Both the position numbers and the translations under genes were made by a program. From positions 80,758 to 144,757 of the forward strand of contig CAVUJZ010000012.1 in assembly GCA_963741905.1 (NCBI GenBank): a stretch of 64,000 nucleotides of DNA, given 5' to 3'. Origin of the DNA: an uncultured Acidobacteriota bacterium (GTDB lineage: Bacteria > Acidobacteriota > Thermoanaerobaculia > Gp7-AA8 > CAVUJZ01). Shown here piece by piece: positions 32,938-40,301 of this stretch; positions within the stretch are counted from its first letter, which is position 1, and every line of letters starts with the position of its first letter. Below the pieces are notes generated by a model. That model made no database searches and was not told where the DNA came from. It saw only the letters and a program-made list of their open reading frames with translations.

Positions 32938-33253
32938 AAATCGGCTCGGACTCGGCGACGACTTCCTGCCGGAAGTAGCGACTGAGATCCTCCGGAGTCC
33001 TGAGGTCCACGCGTCTGCCCAACAATGCGGAAAGTTCGCTCTCGATCCGCACGATTCTGAACAGTCCGGGAATCTTTTGCTCGTCGAATTCCACCAGGAG
33101 ATCGATATCACTTTCCGGTGTCGCGTTACCGTGCAGCGTCGATCCGAAGAGTGCAAGACGTCGAACACCGTGAGAGCGGCACAGGCGCTCCAGATCGCCG
33201 CGATCGAATCGCACCCGCGCTGATGCCAACGGTGAAGTCGACCGTTCTGTCAT
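32924..33253 (-). CDS. Nucleotidyltransferase (MNT-type antitoxin of HEPN/MNT pairs)
   Basis: RLALFGSTLHGNATPESDIDLLVEF (GS...DxD nucleotidyltransferase motif). Confidence 0.8.
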   Translation of the reverse strand: MTERSTSPLASARVRFDRGDLERLCRSHGVRRLALFGSTLHGNATPESDIDLLVEFDEQKIPGLFRIVRIESELSALLGRRVDLRTPEDLSRYFRQEVVAESEPIYEAD

Positions 33254-33259
33254 CCGTCC

Positions 33260-33690
33260 ATGGTATCAGGGAACCGTCACTGCTCGAACATCGCCGGTCT
33301 CCAACGGAGTTCCACGAGCCGAAAGGATTGTCGGACGGGGCGGCCATCGTCGATGCGGTGATCGACACGCTCCGTTCCCCGCCGTCGCGGCGGAGAGGCG
33401 TGCAGCGGATCGGGGCGATGTAGTCGGCAGCCTCTTCGAGTGCCTGGATCGCCGACTCGGCCCGGCGTCACGGTGTACTTCGCCACGCCGTACCACTCCT
33501 GGGAGCGTGGCACCAACGAGAACACCAACGGGCTGATCCGGCAGTACCTCCCGAAGCGAGCTTCCATGCAAGGGCTGACGCAGGACCGCTGCAACGGGAT
33601 CGCACGGAAGCTCAACCACCGCCCCAGGGAACGCTACGACTTTGCCACACCACTCGAGCGACTCGACGAACTCCTGGATAGCCACCCGGG
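33260..33690 (+). pseudogene. IS30-family transposase remnant (C-terminal part, frameshifted)
   Basis: SLLEHRRS (cf. TLVER.SR) in one frame. VYFATPYHSWERGTNENTNGLIRQYLPK...LNHRPRERYDFATPLE in another. No N-terminal half. Confidence 0.7.
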
Positions 33691-33848
33691 ACGCGAGAGC
33701 GACGAAGATCCCACCGAAGGGCGACACCCCCTCCTCGATCCTCCCCCTCGAGGGGGAGGAGGAAAGACAACGGCGCCGAAGAAGCGCTACTACAGGCGAC
33801 GCGCCTTATCGAAGTCCCGCCAGCGAAATAAGGTAGGATCCGCTCACG

Positions 33849-34409
33849 TCAGTGTTGCACTTCGCCCTTGACCTCAGACGCGCCGTCCGATTCGCCAGGC
33901 ATCGAGGAGACGCTGAGGGCAAGCCGGTATGCGGCGGCCGCGAACTGCGGATTCGATGTTCGATAGTGGAACAGAAGCAGCGATGGGCTTTCCCAACCAT
34001 CGCTCGAACGCGCAGTCCAGGATGTGACACCACACTGGACCCCGGCCTCGAAGGAGTGTCGCGAGCGTGATACCAGGAACGCTTCACGATCGGCATATCG
34101 CATCACCTGTCCCGACTCTTTCTCCTTTGTCTCGCCACCGCACGCCTCCCCGGGTTCTTCCTCCTCGAATTGCTCTACCGATGGACCCGCGTTGCCAGCG
34201 TAGAAACGGAGCAATTCCTTGCCATCCTCGATTCTGATGACATGCCCAAAACCGAAGTCCACCTGAGGAATCTCGCTCAAGCAGTACCCGTTGGGTACGG
34301 TGACCGAGAGGCCATTGTCCAGAACTGTCGTCCCCACGCGGCACTCTGGGACCGGCTCCGCGGTCAACACCACAGCAACAGATGCGAGCAATATGATCGC
34401 TCTCTTCAT
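33849..34409 (-). CDS. Secreted hypothetical protein (cassette-borne)
   Basis: ATG at 34409 gives MKRAIILLASVAVVLTA. It starts 17 nt after the GTTATCC box of the attC-like site at 34426..34525. Confidence 0.5.
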   Translation of the reverse strand: MKRAIILLASVAVVLTAEPVPECRVGTTVLDNGLSVTVPNGYCLSEIPQVDFGFGHVIRIEDGKELLRFYAGNAGPSVEQFEEEEPGEACGGETKEKESGQVMRYADREAFLVSRSRHSFEAGVQCGVTSWTARSSDGWESPSLLLFHYRTSNPQFAAAAYRLALSVSSMPGESDGASEVKGEVQH

Positions 34410-34425
34410 GACGGTCACGTACGGT

Positions 34426-34525
34426 GGATAACGATTCCCGCTCAGGCGCGGGGACGCACCGGAGACGGTGAATTGATGAGCAATGGTACCGCGTGCCCGC
34501 GTCCGGTGGAACGGGTTTGTTATGT
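34426..34525 (-). other. attC-like recombination site (100 nt)
   Basis: Minus strand reads ACATAAC...GTTATCC. Arms pair with two one-sided bulges. The 3' arm GCGCCTGAGCGGGAATCGTTATCC closely matches the 38785..38886 site. Confidence 0.65.
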
Positions 34526-34549
34526 GCCGGTCCGAGGTATCCTGCAGCG

Positions 34550-34783
34550 ATGCATTTCGAGATTCTCGGCGAGTTGCGGAGCGTGGAGACGATCGCCTCC
34601 GGACCAGGGATTCGGGATCTGGCGATCCTGCAGAAGAAGTTCGGCCGCGGGAACTGGCGGAAGCTGAAGGCAGTCGCAACGATTCGGCTCGCCAATGGCG
34701 ATGTCGTGGATGCGGAGCTACACTGGTACGAGGCGCACGGGATCGGGAAGCGCTGGATGAAGGTGAAACGTTACCTGAGCTGA
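34550..34783 (+). CDS. Small basic protein, module gene A (77 aa), unknown family
   Basis: MHFEILGELRSVETIASGPGIRDL...WRKLK...ELHWYEAHGIGKRWMKVKRYLS. Paralogue of 38532..38759. Confidence 0.6.
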   Translation: MHFEILGELRSVETIASGPGIRDLAILQKKFGRGNWRKLKAVATIRLANGDVVDAELHWYEAHGIGKRWMKVKRYLS

Positions 34784-34785
34784 CG

Positions 34786-35016
34786 ATGAACGAAACGAAG
34801 CATTTTGCAATCTGCATCCGGAACGAGGGGTACGAAGGTGCCCTGGAGCTGCGGAAGCTGTACGAGATCATCGACGACCCCACCGCCGCACGCCACGATT
34901 CGATCAGAGTCGTCGACGAATCCGGCGAAGACTACCTCTACCCGAACGACTGGTTCATTCGCCTCGATCTGCCCACCACCGTCGAAGAGCGACTCGTTGA
35001 GCTGCAATCGCCTTGA
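34786..35016 (+). CDS. Small acidic protein, module gene B (76 aa), unknown family
   Basis: Starts 2 nt after the gene A stop. FAICIRNEGYEGALELRKLYEIIDDP...RVVDESGEDYLYPNDWFIRLDLP. Paralogue of 38293..38529. Confidence 0.6.
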   Translation: MNETKHFAICIRNEGYEGALELRKLYEIIDDPTAARHDSIRVVDESGEDYLYPNDWFIRLDLPTTVEERLVELQSP

Positions 35017-35034
35017 GGCACATAAGGGAAAAGT

Positions 35035-35360
35035 GGGGTCGGAGCTAAAAAATCAAATTTTCAGTTCGTTCCGCTGGCCTCCGGGCGAAGGACTCATCCG
35101 GCCAAAGTCGCCCGTGCCTCTCTCCCCGGTGGCGCCTCCCCTCAGGTGGTCAACTTCGAATCCTTCGCAGTGGGTCACTCTTCCATCTTCATGGACAAAT
35201 GGCTCGACCTGACCGAACAGGAGGACGATGGCTACGCCTACCGCCTGCGCCAGATCCGCCTCTCACTCGGGATCGACCAGGCCCCATTTCTGAAGATCGA
35301 TCTGCCGGGTCCGCCTCTTCGCATCCCCCGCTGAGTTTTCTATTTTTTAGCTCCGGCCCC
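35035..35360 (+). mobile_element. MITE-like element, copy 2 (326 bp, longer variant)
   Basis: Same termini (GGGGTCGGAGCTAAAAAAT ... ATTTTTTAGCTCCGGCCCC) and the same 3' ~110 nt as copy 1, with extra internal sequence. Confidence 0.7.
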
Positions 35361-35487
35361 GGATTTGCCTCGGCTCTTGAACTCTTCTGGATATCTTCCG
35401 ATCGTGGGCTCTCCTTCCAAATCTTCAGGTGTCCACGAAACCGGGTCAACTCCAGTCCCCAAAAGGTGGTCCTTTTGCTCGGTCCCC

Positions 35488-36318
35488 CTACTGCGGTGTG
35501 ATGACCGTGATCTGCTGAGTCTCGTTGTTCGTGATGCTGACGAAGGCCCAGTATCTCAACCCCTCGGTCAATGGCTGGATACGAACACGTAAACGGGACG
35601 CCGTGACGAGCTGCGGAAACGCCGCGACGAGATCACCGATCTCAGCGTAAGCCGGCTTTTCCGGATAGAGAGGTTCACGGGTGGGATCCGTTCCGCCCCG
35701 GAGCGGAAGAACCGAATCGACCAGGGTCACTGCAGGCTTGCCCTGCTCGCTGGCGATCTGGTCGTCGATCAGAACCCGAACCTCAGCCGCGTTCGTCGGA
35801 ATGGGCTCATAGATCCGCAGGGTCAGCCGATACCGCGAATCCGTTGGCGCACCAGTGAGCTCCACGGGACTGGTGAGAAAATCCGGATCACGGATGACCG
35901 GAACTTCCGTCCCCCAGCTTCCATTCATCCTCGAGTCATCCCAGACCCTGAGGAAGAACTGAACCTGGGACGCATGCTCTTCCTCAAGCACGAAGATCGC
36001 GCCTGGATTCTGCGCAGCGTTGGATCCTGCAACTCTGAATGCGCTATTCGGGGGGATCGTCACGAAGTCGCCATCGCAGCCGGTTGTGATCAGGCAAAAT
36101 GGAGATCCCCAGGAAAAGACCACCGGGGCGGGAGCACCGTTGCTGACTGTCAGTTCGGTTCGCCAGTCGGCACCGAACCTGCCGGGCGTCTGCTCGATGA
36201 TGAGGGGTACCAGGACCTTCTGCAGAGGGGGAGGCGCAGGCAGCTGCGCCCGGACATGGACGGAAAGCAGGGTGGTGAACAGCCAGCAAGCAAGGCACCA
36301 GAACTTTCGCATCTCCAC
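35488..36318 (-). CDS. Secreted hypothetical protein (276 aa)
   Basis: Signal peptide MRKFWCLACWLFTTLLSVHVRA. GGAGGTGA lies upstream. No family recognised. Confidence 0.55.
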   Translation of the reverse strand: MEMRKFWCLACWLFTTLLSVHVRAQLPAPPPLQKVLVPLIIEQTPGRFGADWRTELTVSNGAPAPVVFSWGSPFCLITTGCDGDFVTIPPNSAFRVAGSNAAQNPGAIFVLEEEHASQVQFFLRVWDDSRMNGSWGTEVPVIRDPDFLTSPVELTGAPTDSRYRLTLRIYEPIPTNAAEVRVLIDDQIASEQGKPAVTLVDSVLPLRGGTDPTREPLYPEKPAYAEIGDLVAAFPQLVTASRLRVRIQPLTEGLRYWAFVSITNNETQQITVITPQ

Positions 36319-36400
36319 AGATCACCTCCGCTGGACCAGGTACTGTCCATCCGGTGACTAGTACCGTTCGCCCGTGTCCGGTGCTCAGCGTGTCTCGGAC

Positions 36401-37015
36401 CTAGGTCTGCTTCCCCTTCATGATCGCTACCTTCGCCAACTTGTTCGCGAATTCTCCGATTTCTCGGAGCATATCGGCCAGCTCGGCGAACGACAATTCG
36501 GCAGTCGCGGAATGCACCGCTCGGTTGCTGAGCCAGACAGGGTGAAGATGACCAGCTGGGAGTTCGTCTGGATCGAAGTGGCGAGCCGTGTTGTAGATGA
36601 AGTTCAGCCTCTCGTGAGGGGAGCCACCGCCCTTGGTGAATACATCCTCATTGAACACTCGACGCGCGAAATCGAAGGCCTGCCAGGCAGCGGCGATAGT
36701 GGATTCCAAATGATGGATGCACCGAAAGTACTGCGACGGTCGGAGCGGCGTGGTTGAGATGTACTCGATCAGGGCCGTACGGAAGAGCGCGTGTTCCATG
36801 AACGCTGCCTCGGCGCGACGGAGAAACCCTAAACCGAACCGGCGGCGTCCGTGATCGATTGGGTGGCCAAATGTCGAGTTCAGAATGAATTCAGAGAGCC
36901 AGCCGCCAGCCCTGAAGGGCTCGGACGCAAGGTCTGGTACGTGGCACTCCGTCAGATTGGAGAGCTCCTGTGAGATGTACCGGTCAAATGCGAAGTTAGA
37001 AAGTGGCATGGGCAT
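36401..37015 (-). CDS. Hypothetical cytoplasmic protein (204 aa)
   Basis: Clean ORF with locally lower GC. Starts 17 nt after a GTTATAC box. No family recognised. Confidence 0.5.
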   Translation of the reverse strand: MPMPLSNFAFDRYISQELSNLTECHVPDLASEPFRAGGWLSEFILNSTFGHPIDHGRRRFGLGFLRRAEAAFMEHALFRTALIEYISTTPLRPSQYFRCIHHLESTIAAAWQAFDFARRVFNEDVFTKGGGSPHERLNFIYNTARHFDPDELPAGHLHPVWLSNRAVHSATAELSFAELADMLREIGEFANKLAKVAIMKGKQT

Positions 37016-37031
37016 GGCCTCGGCGGAGGGA

Positions 37032-37092
37032 GTATAACGGCCCGGCGGTCAGCCGCGAGGGGCGCACTCGAAGACTACACCGATAGTTATGC
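37032..37092 (-). other. Short attC-like site (61 nt), weak
   Basis: Minus strand reads GCATAAC...GTTATAC. The 3' part GGTGTAGTCTTCGAGTGCGCCCCTCGCGGCT resembles the 38197..38298 site, but arm pairing is poor. Confidence 0.35.
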
Positions 37093-37203
37093 GGAGTGTT
37101 CGATGGCGCAATCCACTACGGATATTCGAAGACTCTCGATTGCCCGATCACTCTGCTGGTATGGGGCGCCAGCTTTCAGTCCAGGAAACTGCGTACAGCG
37201 CGC

Positions 37204-37461
37204 TCAATAGGCTCGAGGCTCGCGCAACTCGCACTCCCAGAGCACGAGCACCGACCATCCCTGCGTCTCGAGCCGCGTCAGGTTGCGGCGGTCCCGTTCA
37301 ACATTCGAGCAACGCTTCGCCTGCCAGACCTTCGCGTTCGTTTTCGGCGCAACCCGACCGTACCGACAATCATGCATGTGCCAATAGCAACCGTGAACGA
37401 AAATCACTTTCTTTCGGCCGGCAAAGACGAGATCCGGTTTCCCGGGGGCCCTCGGGGTCAC
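37204..37461 (-). CDS. Very-short-patch-repair (Vsr) endonuclease, C-terminal catalytic part; N-terminus degenerate
   Basis: GKPDLVFAGRKKVIFVHGCYWHMHDC...PKTNAKVWQAKRCSNVERDRRN...GWSVLVLWECEL. Upstream (to ~37600) only frame-broken traces of the N-terminal region remain. Confidence 0.7.
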   Translation of the reverse strand: MTPRAPGKPDLVFAGRKKVIFVHGCYWHMHDCRYGRVAPKTNAKVWQAKRCSNVERDRRNLTRLETQGWSVLVLWECELREPRAY

Positions 37462-37699
37462 ATCTTCGGTTGTTGGTTTGCCTACCAGATGTAGAGGCGA
37501 ACTGTGAAAACGGGCGAATTGCCCCAGACTCCCGGAATTCCGAACACCGAAGATATGACCCCGAGGAGCCTGTTACTTGTTTCCTGTCTGTCGTCAACTA
37601 GAACCGCGTGCCGCGTTGAATCAGGTATTCTATTACCAGGCGTCGGTCGTTGCCTCATGAACTGTGCTACCGCCGTCGAGAACGGTGGGAGAAGGAATG

Positions 37700-37870
37700 G
37701 GGAACACGGATCAGGAAAATTGGGAAGAATAGGGGATTCGGCGGGGATGGGACCGGGGGATCAGGCTGGTCGGGCCTTCAGAATGGGACCTGTTCGATGC
37801 CGAGGGAGAGGCGGATGCGGCGCAGGCGGGAGGCGTAGGGGAAGAATTGGGGTCTACCCAGCTCCGACCC
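37700..37870 (-). mobile_element. MITE-like element, copy 3 (degenerate, opposite orientation)
   Basis: 37740-37830 is the reverse complement of the CCGCATCCGCCTCTC.CTCGGCATCGA... core of copies 1 and 2. Ends in AGCTCCGACCC at 37870. Confidence 0.4.
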
Positions 37871-37989
37871 GAGGTTTCCCCGGCGATCTGTCCTTTTGTC
37901 GTCTCCTTGGTCCCGCCGGGGTTCTGGAACTCGGGGCGGTGCCAGCGGGTGATGGCGCGGCTCTATTCCTCGGCGCGCTCGGAGTTATG

Positions 37990-38187
37990 TTAAGCGCGGA
38001 ACTTAAAAAGGAGGCGTCTGTCGTAACGATCCCTCGCAGTCCCCACAAGCTTCCACAGCCTCCCCAGATCCTCGCTGACGATCTCAGCTCGGAGATAGGC
38101 GTCTGCTGCTTCGTTTGCTGGCTGCCATCCTTCTCCCCTATCCGGAAGGAGCGGGTGAAACGCAACTGAGTCGGAGGGATATCCCAT
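37990..38187 (-). CDS. Possible small ORF (65 aa) in a cassette
   Basis: ATG at 38187 lies 10 nt after the GTTATCC box. The TAA stop lies inside GCTTAAC. No homology recognised. Confidence 0.25.
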   Translation of the reverse strand: MGYPSDSVAFHPLLPDRGEGWQPANEAADAYLRAEIVSEDLGRLWKLVGTARDRYDRRLLFKFRA

Positions 38188-38196
38188 GGCTGAGGC

Positions 38197-38298
38197 GGAT
38201 AACGGCTTCGCGATGAGCCGCGAGGCCCGCACTGGAAGACTACACCAGGTTACAGCCACGCCGATGCGGGCTGAGTCGGCTCGATCGCAAAGTTATGC
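38197..38298 (-). other. attC-like recombination site (102 nt)
   Basis: Minus strand reads GCATAAC (contains the TAA stop of gene B') ... GTTATCC. The 5' arm GCGAT[C]GAGCCG[A]C pairs with the 3' arm; the bracketed bases are unpaired. Confidence 0.75.
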
Positions 38299-38529
38299 GG
38301 GCGTGGCCTCGGCGTCGAGAACCGCCTTTTCCACTGAGGATGGAAGGTGGACGCGCACGAAGAAATCTTCAGGGAAAAAGTAGTCTTCGCCCGACTCATC
38401 GATGACGCGAAGCATCCCATCCCGTTCGGCACGGGGGTCGCTGATGACCTGGTAGATCTTCCGCACTTCGAGGGAGCCCTCGTTGCCGGTGTTCCGCACG
38501 CAGATGACGAAATCGTATTTTTTCGGCAT
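38293..38529 (-). CDS. Small acidic protein, module gene B' (78 aa)
   Basis: MPKKYDFVICVRNTGNEGSLEVRKIYQVISDP...RVIDESGEDYFFPEDFFVRVHLP. Starts 2 nt after the gene A' stop. Confidence 0.6.
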   Translation of the reverse strand: MPKKYDFVICVRNTGNEGSLEVRKIYQVISDPRAERDGMLRVIDESGEDYFFPEDFFVRVHLPSSVEKAVLDAEATPA

Positions 38530-38531
38530 GG

Positions 38532-38759
38532 TCAGTCGAGATAACGCTTGATTTTCAGGTCTTTCTTTCCGATCCCGTGAGCTTCGTACCAGTGTAGCTC
38601 CACTCGACGAACGTCGCCACTCGGCACGCAGACGAGCGCGGTACCCTTCAGTTTGCGCCATCGGCCCTTCCCGAACACCTCGATCAGTCGAGGCAACTCG
38701 CGAATGCCACGACCCGTCGCGATCGTTTCGATTTCGGAGATCTCACCGATGAGTTCCAC
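38532..38759 (-). CDS. Small basic protein, module gene A' (75 aa)
   Basis: GTG start. ELIGEISEIETIATGRGIREL...GRWRKLKG...ELHWYEAHGIGKKDLKIKRYLD. Confidence 0.6.
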   Translation of the reverse strand: MELIGEISEIETIATGRGIRELPRLIEVFGKGRWRKLKGTALVCVPSGDVRRVELHWYEAHGIGKKDLKIKRYLD

Positions 38760-38784
38760 GCGCGAAGACTACCATTCCCGGCCC

Positions 38785-38886
38785 GCATAACGCTTCCGCT
38801 CAGCCGCGATAACGCGGCCGCGCCGCCCGAACAGTTTACCAAACCTTGAGTGCCGCGTTATCGTCGGCTGCAGCGGATAGTTAGGC
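38785..38886 (-). other. attC-like recombination site (102 nt)
   Basis: Minus strand reads GCCTAAC (perfect RYYYAAC, contains the TAA stop of 38881..39408) ... GTTATGC. Arms are TCCGCT[G]CAGCCG[A]CGATAACGCGGC / GCCGCGTTATCGCGGCTGAGCGGA. Confidence 0.8.
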
Positions 38887-39408
38887 GCGCCGGACGGCAA
38901 TGGCTATCACTCCCGCGAGGGCCATGAGTATTCCGGCTAGGACTACTACCAACGTGACCGTGGAAATGAGAGTGCGCAGCGACGGCGGTGCGAAGATTGA
39001 GGAAGACAGATGAACCAGAACGGCACCGACGGCTGCGTAGAGTCCAAAGGCCGCGAGGAACCACCGCGGGCGAGGCGTCGTTGACCTCACAAAATAGACC
39101 CCAGGGACGATGAGGAGCAACTGAAGTGCTGGGAGGTAGTTTGACGCCGTGAAGGCCGGCTCCGAGGGAAACCGGGACACAACCGCAGATAGCAGGAGGA
39201 GACCGTCGAAGGCTGCCGCGGTTAGCAGATAGGGAAATGTCCGGGCCCTCTTCATCGCCAGCGGCACGAGGACGGCATATGCCGCGAGCGACCAGACGGT
39301 GAGAAGACCTGCCTGCGCTGGCGGCATGTCCAAGTGGTAGTGAAACCACCGCGCGCCAGCGAACGTTAGAGCAAGCAATGTAATCGAAAGAATACGCATA
39401 CTTATCAA
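38881..39408 (-). CDS. Polytopic membrane protein (175 aa), hypothetical
   Basis: Five to six hydrophobic helices. Cassette-borne. Confidence 0.6.
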   Translation of the reverse strand: MISMRILSITLLALTFAGARWFHYHLDMPPAQAGLLTVWSLAAYAVLVPLAMKRARTFPYLLTAAAFDGLLLLSAVVSRFPSEPAFTASNYLPALQLLLIVPGVYFVRSTTPRPRWFLAAFGLYAAVGAVLVHLSSSIFAPPSLRTLISTVTLVVVLAGILMALAGVIAIAVRRA

Positions 39409-39412
39409 GAGC

Positions 39413-39514
39413 GCCTAACGATCGTGGCTGAGCCGCCAGCGCACGGCTCGGCAATGTCTCAAAAGTGAGTAGCGGCTGAACGTGCGCTGGTCGGCCCGAG
39501 CCACCTTGTTATGC
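39413..39514 (-). other. attC-like recombination site (102 nt)
   Basis: Minus strand reads GCATAAC ... GTTAGGC. Arms are GTGGCT[C]GGGCCG[A]CCAGCGCACG / CGTGCGCTGGCGGCTCAGCCAC. Starts 6 nt after the stop of 39521..40027. Confidence 0.8.
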
Positions 39515-39520
39515 GCCGGG

Positions 39521-40027
39521 TCACTCCCACCAGTACACATCTCGGTGGTTCACGACGATGACATCATAGGTGACCTCAGGTCCTGGCGGAAGCGTAACCC
39601 TGAGCAGGTGGCGCTCCCCCTGCTTCAGAAGACGATCGATCGGCAACAAACCATTGTCGTCGATGTTCGATGCGAACGGAGGATGCAGAGTGTCAGCCCG
39701 CCAGTACAACTTCCGATGCCCATACTTCTGCGACTTTTCGGGAGCTGACTCTTCCAAACGGACCGTCTTCTCCACTATCCCCGCGCCTCGATGCAGAATC
39801 CCAATACTGAAGGTTTCCGGCCACGGTACTTCAGTCCCGGGATCCTCAATGAAGGCGAACAACGTCCAGTCGCCCTCATCGACAAATTCGAGTTCGGCTT
39901 CGACGGATTGGCCACTCGGACGGTGAATCTCTCCGATCACACGACCGACCTGCATTCTTTCGGAGCATCCGAGGAGGCAGACTGTGAGGCCCACCAGAAG
40001 TCGTAACCGGTATCTCATTCGGCGCAT
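39521..40027 (-). CDS. Hypothetical lipoprotein (168 aa)
   Basis: MRRMRYRLRLLVGLTVCLLGCS lipobox. The ATG lies inside the GTTATGC box at 40024-40030. Confidence 0.6.
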   Translation of the reverse strand: MRRMRYRLRLLVGLTVCLLGCSERMQVGRVIGEIHRPSGQSVEAELEFVDEGDWTLFAFIEDPGTEVPWPETFSIGILHRGAGIVEKTVRLEESAPEKSQKYGHRKLYWRADTLHPPFASNIDDNGLLPIDRLLKQGERHLLRVTLPPGPEVTYDVIVVNHRDVYWWE

Positions 40028-40152
40028 AACTTGTTGCTCAGCGATTGTATCTGAGCTATCCAAAATGGAGAAGCCCGGCCAGTCTTGACCAGTATCGCCG
40101 GAAGGAGCTCTCCGCCGGTGGAGGCTCAATGTCCTGAGCCAACTGGGTTTGC
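40024..40152 (-). other. Degenerate attC-like site (129 nt)
   Basis: The 3' arm AATCGCTGAGCAACAAGTTATGC matches the family. The 5' arm GTTG[G]CTCAGGACATTG pairs with it. The R''-type box (CGCAAAC) is non-canonical. Confidence 0.45.
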
Positions 40153-40301
40153 GGCTGGCTGTTACAGGTCGGTTCCGGGCATATCCGCTCGCTCGGCGAC
40201 CCGTAGCACGGCGCCGCAGGAGTGGTGCTCGCCCATTCCTCAATCCGGTCCACCGGGCTCCAGTTCGCGCCGTTGCCCGGACGATTCAGTACGGGAAACG
40301 G

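Noticed and set aside
40031-40301. Remnant of an integron integrase or attI next to the first cassette
   Set aside because: None of the six frames shows tyrosine-recombinase motifs (R..HxxR..Y). The interval is better explained by a degenerate attC-like hairpin plus non-coding sequence.
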